This document shows, piece by piece, positions 28,482-39,250 of a stretch of DNA of 64,000 bases. The position numbers and the translations under genes are program-made. Origin of the DNA: Spirochaetia bacterium. Its GTDB lineage: Bacteria > Spirochaetota > Spirochaetia > SZUA-6 > Bin103. The stretch spans positions 5,984,001-6,048,000 of the forward strand of contig CBDBDQ010000005.1 of the NCBI GenBank assembly GCA_965203905.1, given 5' to 3'. Positions within the stretch are counted from its first letter, which is position 1. Every line of letters starts with the position of its first letter. Below the pieces are notes generated by a model. It saw only the letters and a list, made by a program, of their open reading frames with translations, was not told where the DNA came from and did no database searches.

Positions 28482-29438
28482 ATGAGAGCCTACATCATCC
28501 GGCGTCTGCTGCTGGTCATCCCCACCCTGTTCATCCTGAGCGTGTTGGTATTCCTGTCGGTCCGCTTCATTCCCGGCGACGTCATCGACATCATGGCCAG
28601 TCGCACGGAATACACGGCCGCCCCGCTCGACCGCGCGGCCATCGAACAGCGGCTCGGTCTGGACCTGCCGATGCACGTGCAGTACGGCCGCTGGATCAGT
28701 GGCATCCTCCTGCGCGGCACCTTCGGCGAGTCGCTGCTGGGAGGTTGGCGCATCGAGAAGCGCATGCTGGGACGACTGCCGGTCACCGTCGAACTCGGGC
28801 TGCTGGCCATCCTCATCGGCCTGGTCATCGCGCTGCCGGTGGGCATCTACTCGGCGGTGCGCCAGTACACCGCCGCCGACTACCTGGGACGGTCGGTCGC
28901 CATCATGGGGCTGGCCACGCCCAACTTCTGGCTGGGAACGATGGTGATGATCTACCCCGCCATCTGGTGGACGTGGTCGCCACCGATGGAGTTTTTCTCT
29001 CTCTCCGAAGACCCACTGGGGAACCTCGGCATGTTCCTGATCCCGAGCCTGATCCTGGGCACCTACCTGGCGGCCAGCACCATGCGCATGACGCGTACCA
29101 TGATGCTGGAGGTGCTGCGCCAGGACTACATCAGGACCGCCTGGTCCAAGGGGCTGCTGGAGCGGTCGGTGATCCTGCGCCACGCGCTCAAGAACGCGAT
29201 CATCCCGGTGGTGACGCTGGTGGGCATGCAGCTCCCGATTCTGGTAGGCGGGTCGGTGATCATCGAGAACATCTTCAACCTGCCGGGGCTGGGGCGGCTG
29301 ATGCTGGACGCGCTCAACGACCGCGACTACCCGGTGGTGTCGGCGGTGAACCTGTTCTTCGCCACGGTGGTGGTGTTCGTCAACCTGCTGACCGATCTGC
29401 TGTACGCGTCGCTGGACCCGCGGATCCGCTACGACTGA
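28482..29438 (+). CDS. DppB-like ABC permease (unit 3)
   Basis: Near-identical to units 2 and 4. Confidence 0.93.
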   Translation: MRAYIIRRLLLVIPTLFILSVLVFLSVRFIPGDVIDIMASRTEYTAAPLDRAAIEQRLGLDLPMHVQYGRWISGILLRGTFGESLLGGWRIEKRMLGRLPVTVELGLLAILIGLVIALPVGIYSAVRQYTAADYLGRSVAIMGLATPNFWLGTMVMIYPAIWWTWSPPMEFFSLSEDPLGNLGMFLIPSLILGTYLAASTMRMTRTMMLEVLRQDYIRTAWSKGLLERSVILRHALKNAIIPVVTLVGMQLPILVGGSVIIENIFNLPGLGRLMLDALNDRDYPVVSAVNLFFATVVVFVNLLTDLLYASLDPRIRYD

Positions 29439-29455
29439 GGCACTGAGGGAAGCCC

Positions 29456-30403
29456 GTGCGTGACGTATCCCGGTTGACACCGCCCGGCGCCGAGCCGGCC
29501 GCGGGCGCGGCTGCGGCCGGGCAGGCCGGGCTGAGGAAGTTCTGTGCGCGGCTGGTGCGCGAGCAGCCGCTGGGGACCGCCGGCGGCATCGTCATCCTGC
29601 TCCTGGTGCTGGTGAGCATCTTCGCCGACTCGCTGGCGCCCTACCGCTACCAGGAGATCCACCTGCGCGACCGCCTGCAGGCTCCCTCGGCCCAGTACCT
29701 GCTGGGCACCGACCACGTCGGGCGCGACCTGTTGAGCCGCCTCATCCACGGGGCGCGGCTGTCGCTGACGGTGGGGCTGGCCGCCACCGCCCTCAACGTC
29801 GTGGTGGCGGTGCTGATCGGCGCCACCACCGGCTTCATCGGCGGCCGGCTGGACCTGGTGACGCAGCGCTTCGTCGACGCCTGGATGGCGTTCCCGGGGC
29901 TGCTGTTGCTGCTCACCATCATGTCGATTGCCGGCCGCGGCATGCTGCAGATCATCATCGTGCTGGGGGTTTCGGGCGGCATCCCGGCCTCGCGGGTAGT
30001 GCGCGGTGCGGTGCTGGGCGTGAAGGAGAACGTCTACTTCCAGGCGGCGCAGGCGATCGGCAGCTCGCGGCGGCGCTCGCTGCTGCGCCACGTGCTGCCC
30101 AACATCGCGGCGCCGATCATCATCATCTTCAGCATCAACGTGGGCGGGGTGATCATGGCGGAGGCGGCGCTGAGCTTTCTCGGCTTCGGCCTGCCGCCGG
30201 ACATCCCGAGCTGGGGCGGGATGCTGAGCCGCGAGGGGCGGCAGTACATGGAGATCGCGCCGCACCTGGCGCTGTGGCCGGGCGTGTGCCTGACCGTGGT
30301 GGTGTACAGCCTCAACATGTTCGGAGACGCCGTGCGCGATCTCCTGGATCCGCGGCTGCGTGGCCGGCTCGGCCGCTACGGCGCCGGCCGGGGCAAATCG
30401 TAG
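29456..30403 (+). CDS. DppC-like ABC permease (unit 3)
   Basis: Near-identical to unit 2. Confidence 0.93.
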   Translation: MRDVSRLTPPGAEPAAGAAAAGQAGLRKFCARLVREQPLGTAGGIVILLLVLVSIFADSLAPYRYQEIHLRDRLQAPSAQYLLGTDHVGRDLLSRLIHGARLSLTVGLAATALNVVVAVLIGATTGFIGGRLDLVTQRFVDAWMAFPGLLLLLTIMSIAGRGMLQIIIVLGVSGGIPASRVVRGAVLGVKENVYFQAAQAIGSSRRRSLLRHVLPNIAAPIIIIFSINVGGVIMAEAALSFLGFGLPPDIPSWGGMLSREGRQYMEIAPHLALWPGVCLTVVVYSLNMFGDAVRDLLDPRLRGRLGRYGAGRGKS

Positions 30404-30497
30404 CCGAACCGGAGCGCGACCGCGCGCACCACGACGCGATCATGAGCTTTGCCGGAACGCGCCGGCGGGCGCTATAATCGGATGAGCGAGCGTACCC

Positions 30498-31115
30498 ATG
30501 AGCGACGGCAACGGACACCGCGACCCGGCGACCCCGCAGGAGATCTGGGAGATTCTCCGCGAGGTCTCCGCAGCGCAGCAGGAGACCGAGCGGCGGTTGC
30601 AGGCGACCGGGGAGCTGATCACGCGACAGGCACGTGCAGCCGAGCGGCGCATGGACAAGCTGGACGAGCTGTTCAACGGGCAGTGGGGCAAGCTGATCGA
30701 GTCCCTGGTGGAAGGCGACCTCGCAGGGCTCCTCCAGCGGCGCGGCATCGCGGTACAGCACACGGTTACCAACCCGCGGCAGAACTACGGTGAACGGCGC
30801 TGGGAGTTCGACATCGTGGCGATCAACGGCGCAGAGGTCGTGGTCGTGGAAGTCAAGACCACCCTGAGGGTGCCGGATATAGATCGTTTCGTCCGGCGGT
30901 TGAACGAGTTTCCGGAACTGATGCCCGAGTACGCCGGGCGGCGGATCTACGGGGCGGTTGCCTATCTGAAGGCACATCAGCAGTCGGACGTGCGTGCCGA
31001 GCGGCTGGGCCTGTTCGTGATTCGTGCCACCGGCAGTAGTGCCAGCATCACCAACCGGGAGGGGTTTACGCCGCGCACTTTCGGCCACCCGAGCAGGGCA
31101 CCCAGCCGCCACTAG
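30498..31115 (+). CDS. Coiled-coil plus PD-(D/E)XK nuclease-fold protein (DUF3782-like)
   Basis: QQETERRLQAT coil; WGKLIESLV; EFDIVAINGAEVVVVEVKTTL; own promoter TTGCCG-18-TATAAT (30449-30478). Confidence 0.75.
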   Translation: MSDGNGHRDPATPQEIWEILREVSAAQQETERRLQATGELITRQARAAERRMDKLDELFNGQWGKLIESLVEGDLAGLLQRRGIAVQHTVTNPRQNYGERRWEFDIVAINGAEVVVVEVKTTLRVPDIDRFVRRLNEFPELMPEYAGRRIYGAVAYLKAHQQSDVRAERLGLFVIRATGSSASITNREGFTPRTFGHPSRAPSRH

Positions 31116-31127
31116 CGCGGTCGTACC

Positions 31128-31777
31128 GGGGGCGCGACCTGTTGAGCCGCCTCATCCACGGGGCGCGGCTGTCGCTGACGGTGGGGCTGGCCGCCACCGC
31201 CCTCAACGTCGTGGCGGCGGTGCTGATCGGCGGCACCGCCGGCTTCATCGGCGGCCGGCTGGACCTGGTGACGCAGCGCTTCGTCGACGCCTGGATGGCG
31301 TTCCCGGGGCTGCTGTTGCTGCTCACCATCATGTCGATTGCCGGCCGCGGCATGCTGCAGATCATCATCGTGCTGGGGGTGTCGGGCGGCATCCCGGCCT
31401 CGCGGGTAGTGCGGGGCGCGGTGCTGGGGGTGAAGGAGAACGTCTACTTCCAGGCCGCGCAGGCAATCGGCAGCTCACGCCGGCGCTCGCTGCTGCGCCA
31501 CGTGCTGCCCAACATCGCGGCGCCCATCATCATCATCTTCAGCATCAACGTGGGCGGGGTGATCATGTCGGAGGCGGCGCTGAGCTTTCTCGGCTTCGGA
31601 CTGCCACCGGACATTCCGAGTTGGGGCGGGATGCTGAGCCGCGAGGGGCGGCAGTACATGGAGATCGCGCCGCACCTGGCGCTGTGGCCGGGCGTGTGCC
31701 TGACCGTGGTGGTGTACAGCCTCAACATGTTCGGCGATGCGGTGCGCGACCTGCTGGACCCGCGGCTGCGTGGCCGG
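31128..31777 (+). pseudogene. 5'-truncated duplicate of dppC
   Basis: Begins abruptly at GRDLLSRLIHG; near-identical to 29720-30367. Confidence 0.9.
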
Positions 31778-31905
31778 TGCAGGATCACGACCGCGGCACC
31801 CGTGCCTAGCGTGAGCAATGCGGCAAATGCGCGCCCTTGCGAGCACGCCCGCGGTAGTGGTAGTGCATGCTGCGGACACCAGTTGAGCGCCAAGGAGAAC
31901 TGATC

Positions 31906-32169
31906 GTGGAACTTGCCTTGCACGAAGCGGAAACATGCCTCTCCGACCTCGTCATCGCCGTTCAGAACGGCGAACGGGTCGTCATAACGAGGAACGGAGA
32001 ACCAACCGTGGAGCTGGTCCGCTGTCGCGCGCAGCGAGGCGGTATCGACTTCGACAAGCTTGACACGGATCGCCGGCGGCTCGGAATCAAGGGCGACGAA
32101 GAGAGGTGGCCCAAGGAATTCGACGATCCGGCCTTCAGCCGCGCCGTGTTGGGACTCGACGACGAGTAG
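31906..32169 (+). CDS. Phd/YefM family antitoxin
   Basis: LHEAETCLSDLVIAVQNGERVVITRNGEPTVELV; SD AAGGAG. Confidence 0.85.
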   Translation: MELALHEAETCLSDLVIAVQNGERVVITRNGEPTVELVRCRAQRGGIDFDKLDTDRRRLGIKGDEERWPKEFDDPAFSRAVLGLDDE

Positions 32170-32179
32170 GCTGACGGCC

Positions 32180-32596
32180 ATGCGTGTTCTTCTCGATACA
32201 TCCTACCTCTACGATCTGATGGAAACGAGCGGCAAGTTTTCCGACAACGAACGCCGTTTCTTCGCCGAGCAAAAAGCTGAGCTCTTCGTGAGTGCCGTGT
32301 CCATCTGGGAGATGCGTCTGAAGTACCGTGCCCGTCATCCGTCCGGCAAACGCAAGAGTCCCTTCAATCCCGATTCCGTGGTAGCCATGGTCGAACGACA
32401 GGACGTGACTTCCTTGCCGATGACCATGCAGCACGCCGCGCGTGAACTCGAAGTCCCAATTCCGCACAAAGACCCGTTCGACGAACTCCTCCTCGTGCAG
32501 GCTCAGGAAGAAGGTCTCAAGTTTCTCACCGCAGACCGTCAGCTTATCGGACACCCCGCTGGCAATCACTGCGTAACATGGCCAGCGCCGCCCTGA
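32180..32596 (+). CDS. VapC/PIN toxin (possible +1 C frameshift near the 3' end)
   Basis: MRVLLDT; SAVSIWE; HKDPFDELL; LTADRQL; removing one C near 32553 gives GHPLAITA*. Confidence 0.85.
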   Translation: MRVLLDTSYLYDLMETSGKFSDNERRFFAEQKAELFVSAVSIWEMRLKYRARHPSGKRKSPFNPDSVVAMVERQDVTSLPMTMQHAARELEVPIPHKDPFDELLLVQAQEEGLKFLTADRQLIGHPAGNHCVTWPAPP

Positions 32597-32639
32597 AGAG
32601 GCCGGCGCTGGCTCACTCTGCGCATCGCCATCACGCGGG

Positions 32640-32842
32640 GACAGTAGTACCGCCGAGGTCTACCGCCCGAGCACGCTCGAGGAACTCGTCTTCCAGCCCG
32701 ACCCTGCCAACACGATGTCCAGCGGCATGCCGGTGGCCGAGTGAACGAACGGCATCACCCGAGTCCGCCGGATGAACTCCGGATCCTCGACACGCAACAC
32801 GAAGCCCGCCGCCTGCATGGCGGATGCGAACCGTTGCGGATC
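32640..32842 (-). pseudogene. Fragment of a second copy of the nucleotidyltransferase at 38678-39250
   Basis: DNA matches about 38885-39088 (ggcatcacccgagtccgccggatgaactccggatcctcgac…). Confidence 0.8.
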
Positions 32843-33089
32843 TCACTCGCAGACTATCGGCGGGTTCAATCGCGAGTTCGTGAAAACAGGCGTGTTTCCC
32901 CCTGACACGTCACGCAAGCTGCAACGATTATTCCAGGACCGTCAGACGGCAGACTATGACTGGTACCATCACATCGAAGAAGCTGACGCTGGAGTGGCTG
33001 TCAGCGATGCTGAGAGCATCGTGTCCCAGTGCAGGCAACAGGTCGCCAACTGGCAGCGGGAGCATCGGCGCGAGGATAGCCGCACGTGA
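32841..33089 (+). pseudogene. C-terminal half of a HEPN (UPF0332-like) gene
   Basis: SHSQTIGGFNREFVKTG…LFQDRQTADY; 5' end missing. Confidence 0.8.
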
Positions 33090-33248
33090 TGAACACACCG
33101 GCACCTGGCATGGCTTGCTCCAGTCGTCGGTCTCGGCATGGTCGATCACGTGCACGGCGGCGAGCAGCCGGACCTGAATCGATCGCCGGCCGTCAGGGGC
33201 TGTACCGGTCGGGATGGGCTCCATGGGCTCCATGGGCTCCAGTCCGAT

Positions 33249-33277
33249 TTGACAGCTCGTTGCGCGTGGATTACGAT
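33249..33277 (+). promoter_or_regulatory. Sigma70-type promoter of unit 4
   Basis: TTGACA-17-TACGAT. Confidence 0.8.
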
Positions 33278-33697
33278 GACTGTTTGTCGGAGAACAGGCT
33301 TATGTGGACGATGCAATACCACAAGCACTTGAGGACGCCACCGGTTGACCGGACCGGTGTGTCCTATCTCCCCCCCCCCAAGCATTTACACGAGATACAC
33401 TAGCTCTTCGCGCTGAGCGAGCGGGACGCACCGCGCACCGCATCGCCCGCACCACCGCTCCTCCGACCACCTACACACCGCACCGCCGGCGTTGCCGGTC
33501 ACTCACTTTCGCCGCGCCGCAGAACACTGCCCCACGCGCTGCTCCGGGCTCAGGTCTGTGTACGCGTTCAAGGGGGTGCCGTATGTAGCTCGGGGCTGTG
33601 GCCGTCGCTTTCCGGGCACCGGAAATTGCCGGTGCGCCTCGAGAGTGGGCGAAGGATGCACAGCGAAACCAGCACTCTCGAATTGCAGGAGGCAAAG
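33278..33697 (+). promoter_or_regulatory. Leader with uORF (33302-33403), C10 tract, SD-ATG-TAG (33583-33588) and terminal stem
   Basis: Paralogue of 26125-26551. Confidence 0.55.
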
Positions 33698-35518
33698 ATG
33701 CAATACGCAATCTTGCGAAAGATCCTGGCGGTACTGATCGGTCTCGGTCTGACCGCGACCGGCCTGTGGGCAAGCCCGGCCGCGGAAGAGGAGCCGGCAG
33801 CCGCCATGGAGAAGGAAATGGTGACCGACCCCACTACCGGCAAGATGGTGACCGCGCCGGAGTACGGGGGGACGCTAACCTACCCCTATAACAGGGTAGG
33901 CGAGATCACCGACCCCTTCTTCAATGGAATCGAAGCGGGCTGGCTCATAGACGGTGTCAACGAGAGACTCGCCGACGGGAACTGGGGACTCGATAGGGCC
34001 GAATATGACTTTAGGGACTCTTTCGTCCCGCTGTTTGCCTTCACCGGGAATCTCGCCGAAAGCTGGGAAACGCCCGACCCACTGACGTACGTCTTCCACA
34101 TCCGTGAGGGCGTTCGCTACGCTCTTAATCCAGACAGTGAGGCCAGCCGGCTCGTGAACGGTCGGGAACTCACCGCCGATGACGTCGTTTTTACGTATCA
34201 ACGGAATAACGGCCTCGGTGACTTCACGGAAAGCACCGAAATGACTCGCCCCTCTAACAACCTGCCGTGGCAATCGATCGAGGCTAGCGACAAATATACG
34301 GTTGTCATGAAGCTGAAGGAGCCGTCCCTCACCGCACTATTTGTTATCCTCCAGGAGGCTCAGGATTGGATATTGCCCGCGGAGGTAATCGAGCGATACG
34401 GCGACTATAAGGATTGGAGGAACGTAGTCGGCACCGGGCCGTGGATGCTGACCGACTACGTCGAAGGCGTATCCAAATCCTATATCAAGAATCCTGACTA
34501 CTGGGGCTTCGACGAGAAATATCCCGGGAACCGCCTGCCGTACAGCGACCAGTTAAGGGCCTTGCTAATGCCAGAAGAAGCAACACGTATCTCGGCGCTA
34601 CGCACTGGTCAGATTGATATCATACAACACGCCGGCGTCGTTGACATACAAAGCCTTGACGTGATCCGGAGCCTCCAGATGACCAATCCGGAAATCGAGG
34701 TGCATAGCTATTTCCAGGCGGCGTTTGCGTCTTTTAGTCTGAACATTCGCAACGCTCCATTTGACGACATCAGAGTGCGCCACGCCATGCAGATGGCGCT
34801 CGACCTAGAGACGATCAACGAGACCTACTATAGCGGTTTCGCCAAGGTGGAGCCCATCGGGTTGACCGCGGTCAAGGGGTATAACACCCCATTCGCAGAG
34901 TGGCCCGAGGAGCTCAAACGATACTACACCTACGACCCGGAAGGCGCTGAGAGACTCCTTGATCAAGCCGGATATCCGCGGGGGGCAGACGGCGTCCGAT
35001 TCAAGACGACCGTTCTGCATCGCGACGCCGCTGATTTGGGCTTTGTGGAAGTAGCTGCCGGGTACTGGTCTGATATCGGGGTTATAGCGGACATTAACGT
35101 TGTTGACACGCCGACATGGATCGCTGCCAGAGCAGAAGCTAATTATGAGATGAGCAACAGTCGCTGCGCAATGGCTACCGACCCCGCCTGGACAATTAGC
35201 CTTCACCGCGCGGAAGGCGGCAACAAATTCTTTCGTGAATGGGTGGGTGGGGGCGAGAACCCTGAGCTGATTGTTGCCTATGATGCGTTTCAGGCCGCTA
35301 CTACCATCGAGGGTCAAATGAAGGCCCATAGAGAGTATGATATGGCGTATTCGAGGGAGCACAGTCAGGTGTGCGGTCCTCTAGCTCCACTGTTTCAGGT
35401 AAACCAGCCGTGGGTCGGAGGTTTTAACGGTGAATTCGCGTTGAACAACGTGAGCCATCACACCATCCTCGCTCGCCTCTGGATAGACCAGGATCTGAAG
35501 CGAGAAATGGGATTCTAA
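33698..35518 (+). CDS. Family-5 ABC substrate-binding protein (unit 4)
   Basis: SD AGGAGG; termini shared with unit 3, interior diverged. Confidence 0.93.
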   Translation: MQYAILRKILAVLIGLGLTATGLWASPAAEEEPAAAMEKEMVTDPTTGKMVTAPEYGGTLTYPYNRVGEITDPFFNGIEAGWLIDGVNERLADGNWGLDRAEYDFRDSFVPLFAFTGNLAESWETPDPLTYVFHIREGVRYALNPDSEASRLVNGRELTADDVVFTYQRNNGLGDFTESTEMTRPSNNLPWQSIEASDKYTVVMKLKEPSLTALFVILQEAQDWILPAEVIERYGDYKDWRNVVGTGPWMLTDYVEGVSKSYIKNPDYWGFDEKYPGNRLPYSDQLRALLMPEEATRISALRTGQIDIIQHAGVVDIQSLDVIRSLQMTNPEIEVHSYFQAAFASFSLNIRNAPFDDIRVRHAMQMALDLETINETYYSGFAKVEPIGLTAVKGYNTPFAEWPEELKRYYTYDPEGAERLLDQAGYPRGADGVRFKTTVLHRDAADLGFVEVAAGYWSDIGVIADINVVDTPTWIAARAEANYEMSNSRCAMATDPAWTISLHRAEGGNKFFREWVGGGENPELIVAYDAFQAATTIEGQMKAHREYDMAYSREHSQVCGPLAPLFQVNQPWVGGFNGEFALNNVSHHTILARLWIDQDLKREMGF

Positions 35519-35788
35519 GCCACCGGCTTTGCCGTTGGCTTAAGGAGTCGCTGCGCGACTCCACGAAATCGCGAGAGGCGGTTCCATTACAGCAGCGCTT
35601 CGCGCGGCTGCAATGGGGAAGTCGCCATAGGGGAAATGCAATTGGCCCCGCCCGAGGGCGGGGTCCACGAATCAACTCGCCCCTTGGGCGATTGAAATGG
35701 CAGCAGCGCTACGCGCGGCTGCTCTGAGCAAGGGCGCCGGGAGAACGCTTCCGAGCGCCGCTTCCCGGCGCTCATTTGCCACGACGAT

Positions 35789-36745
35789 ATGAGAGCCTAC
35801 ATCATCCGGCGGCTGCTGCTGGTCGTCCCCACGCTGTTCATCTTGAGTGTGTTGGTGTTCCTATCAGTCCGCCTCATCCCCGGCGACGTCATCGACCTCA
35901 TGGCCAGTCGCACGGAATACACGGGCGGCCAGCTCGACCGCGCGGCCATCGAACAGCGGCTCGGACTGGACCTGCCGATTCACGTGCAGTACAGCCGCTG
36001 GATCGGCGGCATCCTTCTGCGCGGTACGCTCGGCGAGTCGCTGCTGGGAGGTTGGCGCATTGAGCAGCGCATGCTGGGACGACTGCCGGTCACCGTCGAG
36101 CTGGGCGTGCTGGCCATCGTCATCGGCCTGGTCATCGCCCTGCCGGTGGGCATCTACTCGGCGGTGCGCCAGTACACCGCCGCCGACTACCTGGGACGGT
36201 CGGTCGCCATCATGGGGCTGGCCACGCCCAACTTCTGGCTGGGAACGATGGTGATGATCTACCCGGCCATCTGGTGGGCGTGGTCGCCGCCGATGGAGCT
36301 GGTGCCATTCGCCCAGGACCCGCTGGGCAACCTCGGCATGTTCCTGATCCCCAGCCTGATCCTCGGCACCTACCTGGCGGCCAGCACCATGCGCATGACC
36401 CGCACCATGATGCTGGAGGTGCTGCGCCAGGACTACATCAGGACCGCCTGGTCCAAGGGTCTGCTGGAGCGGTCGGTGATCCTGCGCCACGCGGTCAAGA
36501 ACGCGATCATCCCGGTGGTGACGCTGGTGGGCATGCAGTTGCCGATCCTGGTGGGCGGCTCGGTGATCATCGAGAACATCTTCAACCTGCCGGGGCTGGG
36601 GCGGCTGATGCTGGACGCCCTCAACGACCGCGACTACCCGGTGGTGTCGGCGATAAACCTGTTCTTCGCCACGGTGGTGGTGTTGGTCAATCTGCTGACC
36701 GACCTGCTGTACGCGTCGCTGGACCCGCGGATTCGCTACGAATGA
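35789..36745 (+). CDS. DppB-like ABC permease (unit 4)
   Basis: Near-identical to unit 3. Confidence 0.93.
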   Translation: MRAYIIRRLLLVVPTLFILSVLVFLSVRLIPGDVIDLMASRTEYTGGQLDRAAIEQRLGLDLPIHVQYSRWIGGILLRGTLGESLLGGWRIEQRMLGRLPVTVELGVLAIVIGLVIALPVGIYSAVRQYTAADYLGRSVAIMGLATPNFWLGTMVMIYPAIWWAWSPPMELVPFAQDPLGNLGMFLIPSLILGTYLAASTMRMTRTMMLEVLRQDYIRTAWSKGLLERSVILRHAVKNAIIPVVTLVGMQLPILVGGSVIIENIFNLPGLGRLMLDALNDRDYPVVSAINLFFATVVVLVNLLTDLLYASLDPRIRYE

Positions 36746-37004
36746 GGCGGTACGGCCATTCCGTTACCCGGAACACCATGAAACCGCGCGGGCAGTGCGC
36801 GGTGGACGCCATCAGCAACGCGGTGATCTTGGCCCAACGCCGGTGAGATACCCACCGGCAGCACAAGCGGAGTTCATCCCTGGTAGCAGCAAACCGCCGA
36901 CTTCGATAGCATACCTGGACGAACCACGCTGCACCGCAGAACCCCACTTGAAGCTCGCGGTCACCGGGGGCGTTTTGGTGCGCACATTGCAAGGAGAAAC
37001 AGAC

Positions 37005-37283
37005 GTGCCGACGATATCGATGTTCTATGGCATCTTGATCCTACTATACTTCTATGACAACAAGAGGCACAATAGACCTCACATTCATGCGGAATACGCC
37101 GAACATACCGTTGTAGTGGCCATTGATGATGGCGCTGTTCTGGGCGGCAGTTTGCCGATAGCAAAGATGAAGCTCGTCCAGGCCTGGATTGAAATACACC
37201 GAGAGGATCTGCTTGCAGACTGGAAGCTAGCCGTTGCTGGCGAACCGGTTTTAAGATCGACCCATTGCGGTAGTAGGTGGTAG
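37005..37283 (+). CDS. DUF4160 domain protein (TA-like; possible -1 T near the 3' end)
   Basis: MPTISMFYGI…HNRPHIHAEY…LVQAWIEIHREDLLADW; adding one T near 37250 gives VFKIDPLR*. Confidence 0.85.
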   Translation: MPTISMFYGILILLYFYDNKRHNRPHIHAEYAEHTVVVAIDDGAVLGGSLPIAKMKLVQAWIEIHREDLLADWKLAVAGEPVLRSTHCGSRW

Positions 37284-37286
37284 ATT

Positions 37287-37547
37287 GTGGATACCATTGT
37301 TAAGGCTATTCCCCTTGATGACCACCGCATTGAGATTCTGACCAGTAGCGGTATTTCCGGGGTTTTCGATGTCAAGCCCTACTTGCAGGGCCACGCATTC
37401 AAAGAACTGGCGAATGAATCATATTTTCGCCTAGTTCGCCCTGCCCATCATGGCATCGTGTGGCCACATGAGCAGGACTTCAGTTCAGACACGATAATCT
37501 GGGACATCGTACACGCTCGATCGGCCAACACGCCCGAAACACCATGA
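37287..37547 (+). CDS. DUF2442 domain protein (partner of DUF4160)
   Basis: FDVKPYLQGHAFKELANESYF…GIVWPHEQDFS. Confidence 0.85.
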   Translation: MDTIVKAIPLDDHRIEILTSSGISGVFDVKPYLQGHAFKELANESYFRLVRPAHHGIVWPHEQDFSSDTIIWDIVHARSANTPETP

Positions 37548-37682
37548 AAACGGCGCATGGGGCAGTACGCGGTGGCCGCCTTTTGCGGTCCAGTCGACAC
37601 GGTCACTCGGTAACGCCAGAGAGCATGCACACCGATGCACCGGCACCGCGGGCTGGCCGCCATGGTCGGACGGGGCAGGCCC

Positions 37683-38631
37683 GTGGGTGACGTATCACCG
37701 CTGACGCCGGCCGGCGCCGAGCCGGCCGCGGGGGCGGCTGCGACTGGGCAGGCCGGACTGAGGAAGTTCTGCGGGCGCCTGGTGCGCGAGCAGCCGCTGG
37801 GGACCGCCAGCGGCATCGTCATCCTGCTCCTGGTGCTGGTGAGCATCTTCGCCGATTCGCTGGCGCCCTACCGCTACGAGGAGATCCACCTGCGCGACCG
37901 CCTGCAGGCCCCCTCCGCCGCGTACCTGCTGGGCACCGACCACGTGGGACGCGACCTGCTGAGCCGCCTCATCCACGGGGCGCGGCTGTCGCTGACGGTG
38001 GGGGCTGGCCGCCACCGCCCTCAACGTCGTGGTGGCGGTGCTGATCGGCGGCACCACCGGCTTCATCGGCGGCCGGCTGGACCTGGTGACGCAGCGCTTC
38101 GTCGACGCCTGGATGGCGTTCCCGGGGCTGCTGTTGCTGCTCACCATCATGTCGATTGCCGGCCGCGGCATGGCGCAGATCATCATCGTGCTGGGGGTGT
38201 CGGGCGGCATCCCGGCCTCGCGGGTGGTGCGGGGCGCCGTGCTGGGGGTCAAGGAGAACGTCTACTTCCAGGCGGCGCAGGCGATCGGCAGCTCGCGCCG
38301 GCGCTCGTTGCTGCGCCACGTGCTGCCCAACATCGCCGCGCCGATCATCATCATCTTCAGCATCAACGTGGGCGGGGTGATCATGGCAGAGGCGGCACTG
38401 AGCTTCCTGGGGTTCGGCCTGCCGCCGGACATCCCGAGCTGGGGCGGGATGCTGAGCCGGGAGGGGCGCCAGTACATGGAGATCGCGCCGCACCTGGCGC
38501 TGTGGCCGGGCGTGTGCCTGACGGTGGTGGTGTACAGCCTCAACATGTTCGGCGACGCGGTGCGCGATCTCCTGGACCCGCGGCTGCGTGGCCGGCTCGG
38601 CCGCTACGGCGCCGGCCGGGACAGAACCTGA
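37683..38631 (+). pseudogene. DppC-like permease (unit 4) with +1 G frameshift near 38000
   Basis: acggtgggggctggcc (G5) versus G4 in the paralogues; otherwise full length. Confidence 0.85.
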
Positions 38632-38677
38632 CAGCGACTGCAGGATGGCGCAGACACGTACTACTTTTACTTACTGA

Positions 38678-39250
38678 TCACGGGCCATCCCGCGCGATCG
38701 ATTCGAAGCCGGGCAGCAGGTCGCTTTGATCCAGCGCCTCCTCGAGCAACCGCAGTGTCCGGCGAATCGCACGCTCATCGAGGTTCTGCCCGTGGACGCG
38801 CCACAGGTTCTGCGCATCTGCGAGATCCTGCGGGGCGGCTCGCGAGGAGCTTGGCGATGATGAGGTCCTGGACAGCGATCAACGGGACGGCCGTGCCGCC
38901 GATGTCCACCGTCCGGGCACGCTCAAGGAACTCGTCCTCCAGTCCCGACCCTGCCAATACGATGTCCAGCGGCATCGCGGTAGCAGCGTGAACGAACGGC
39001 ATCACCCGAGTCCGCCGGATGAACTCCGGATCCTCGACGCGCAAGACGAACCCCGCGGCCTGCATGGCGGCTGCGAACCGCTGCGGATCGTCGTTGTCCA
39101 GCTTGACGGTGACGTCGACGTCGGCGCTCAAGCGCGGCACACCGTACGCGATGACTGCCTGCGCGCCGAACACGTACCAGCGCCCTCGGCCTGCGAGCAC
39201 CTTTGCCAGTGCGGTCAGGAGTTCAACTGCGGGCGGGCGGAAGCGGCACG
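38678..39250 (-). pseudogene. Nucleotidyltransferase (AbiEii/DUF6036-like) with single-base insertions
   Basis: WYVFGAQAVIAYGVPRLSADVDV; QDLIIAKLLASRP|QDLADA after removing one base near 38832. Confidence 0.75.

Noticed and set aside
19702-35518. Diversity-generating retroelement acting on the SBPs
   Set aside because: No reverse transcriptase and no template/variable repeat pair; differences are gene-wide, include indels and are not adenine-specific
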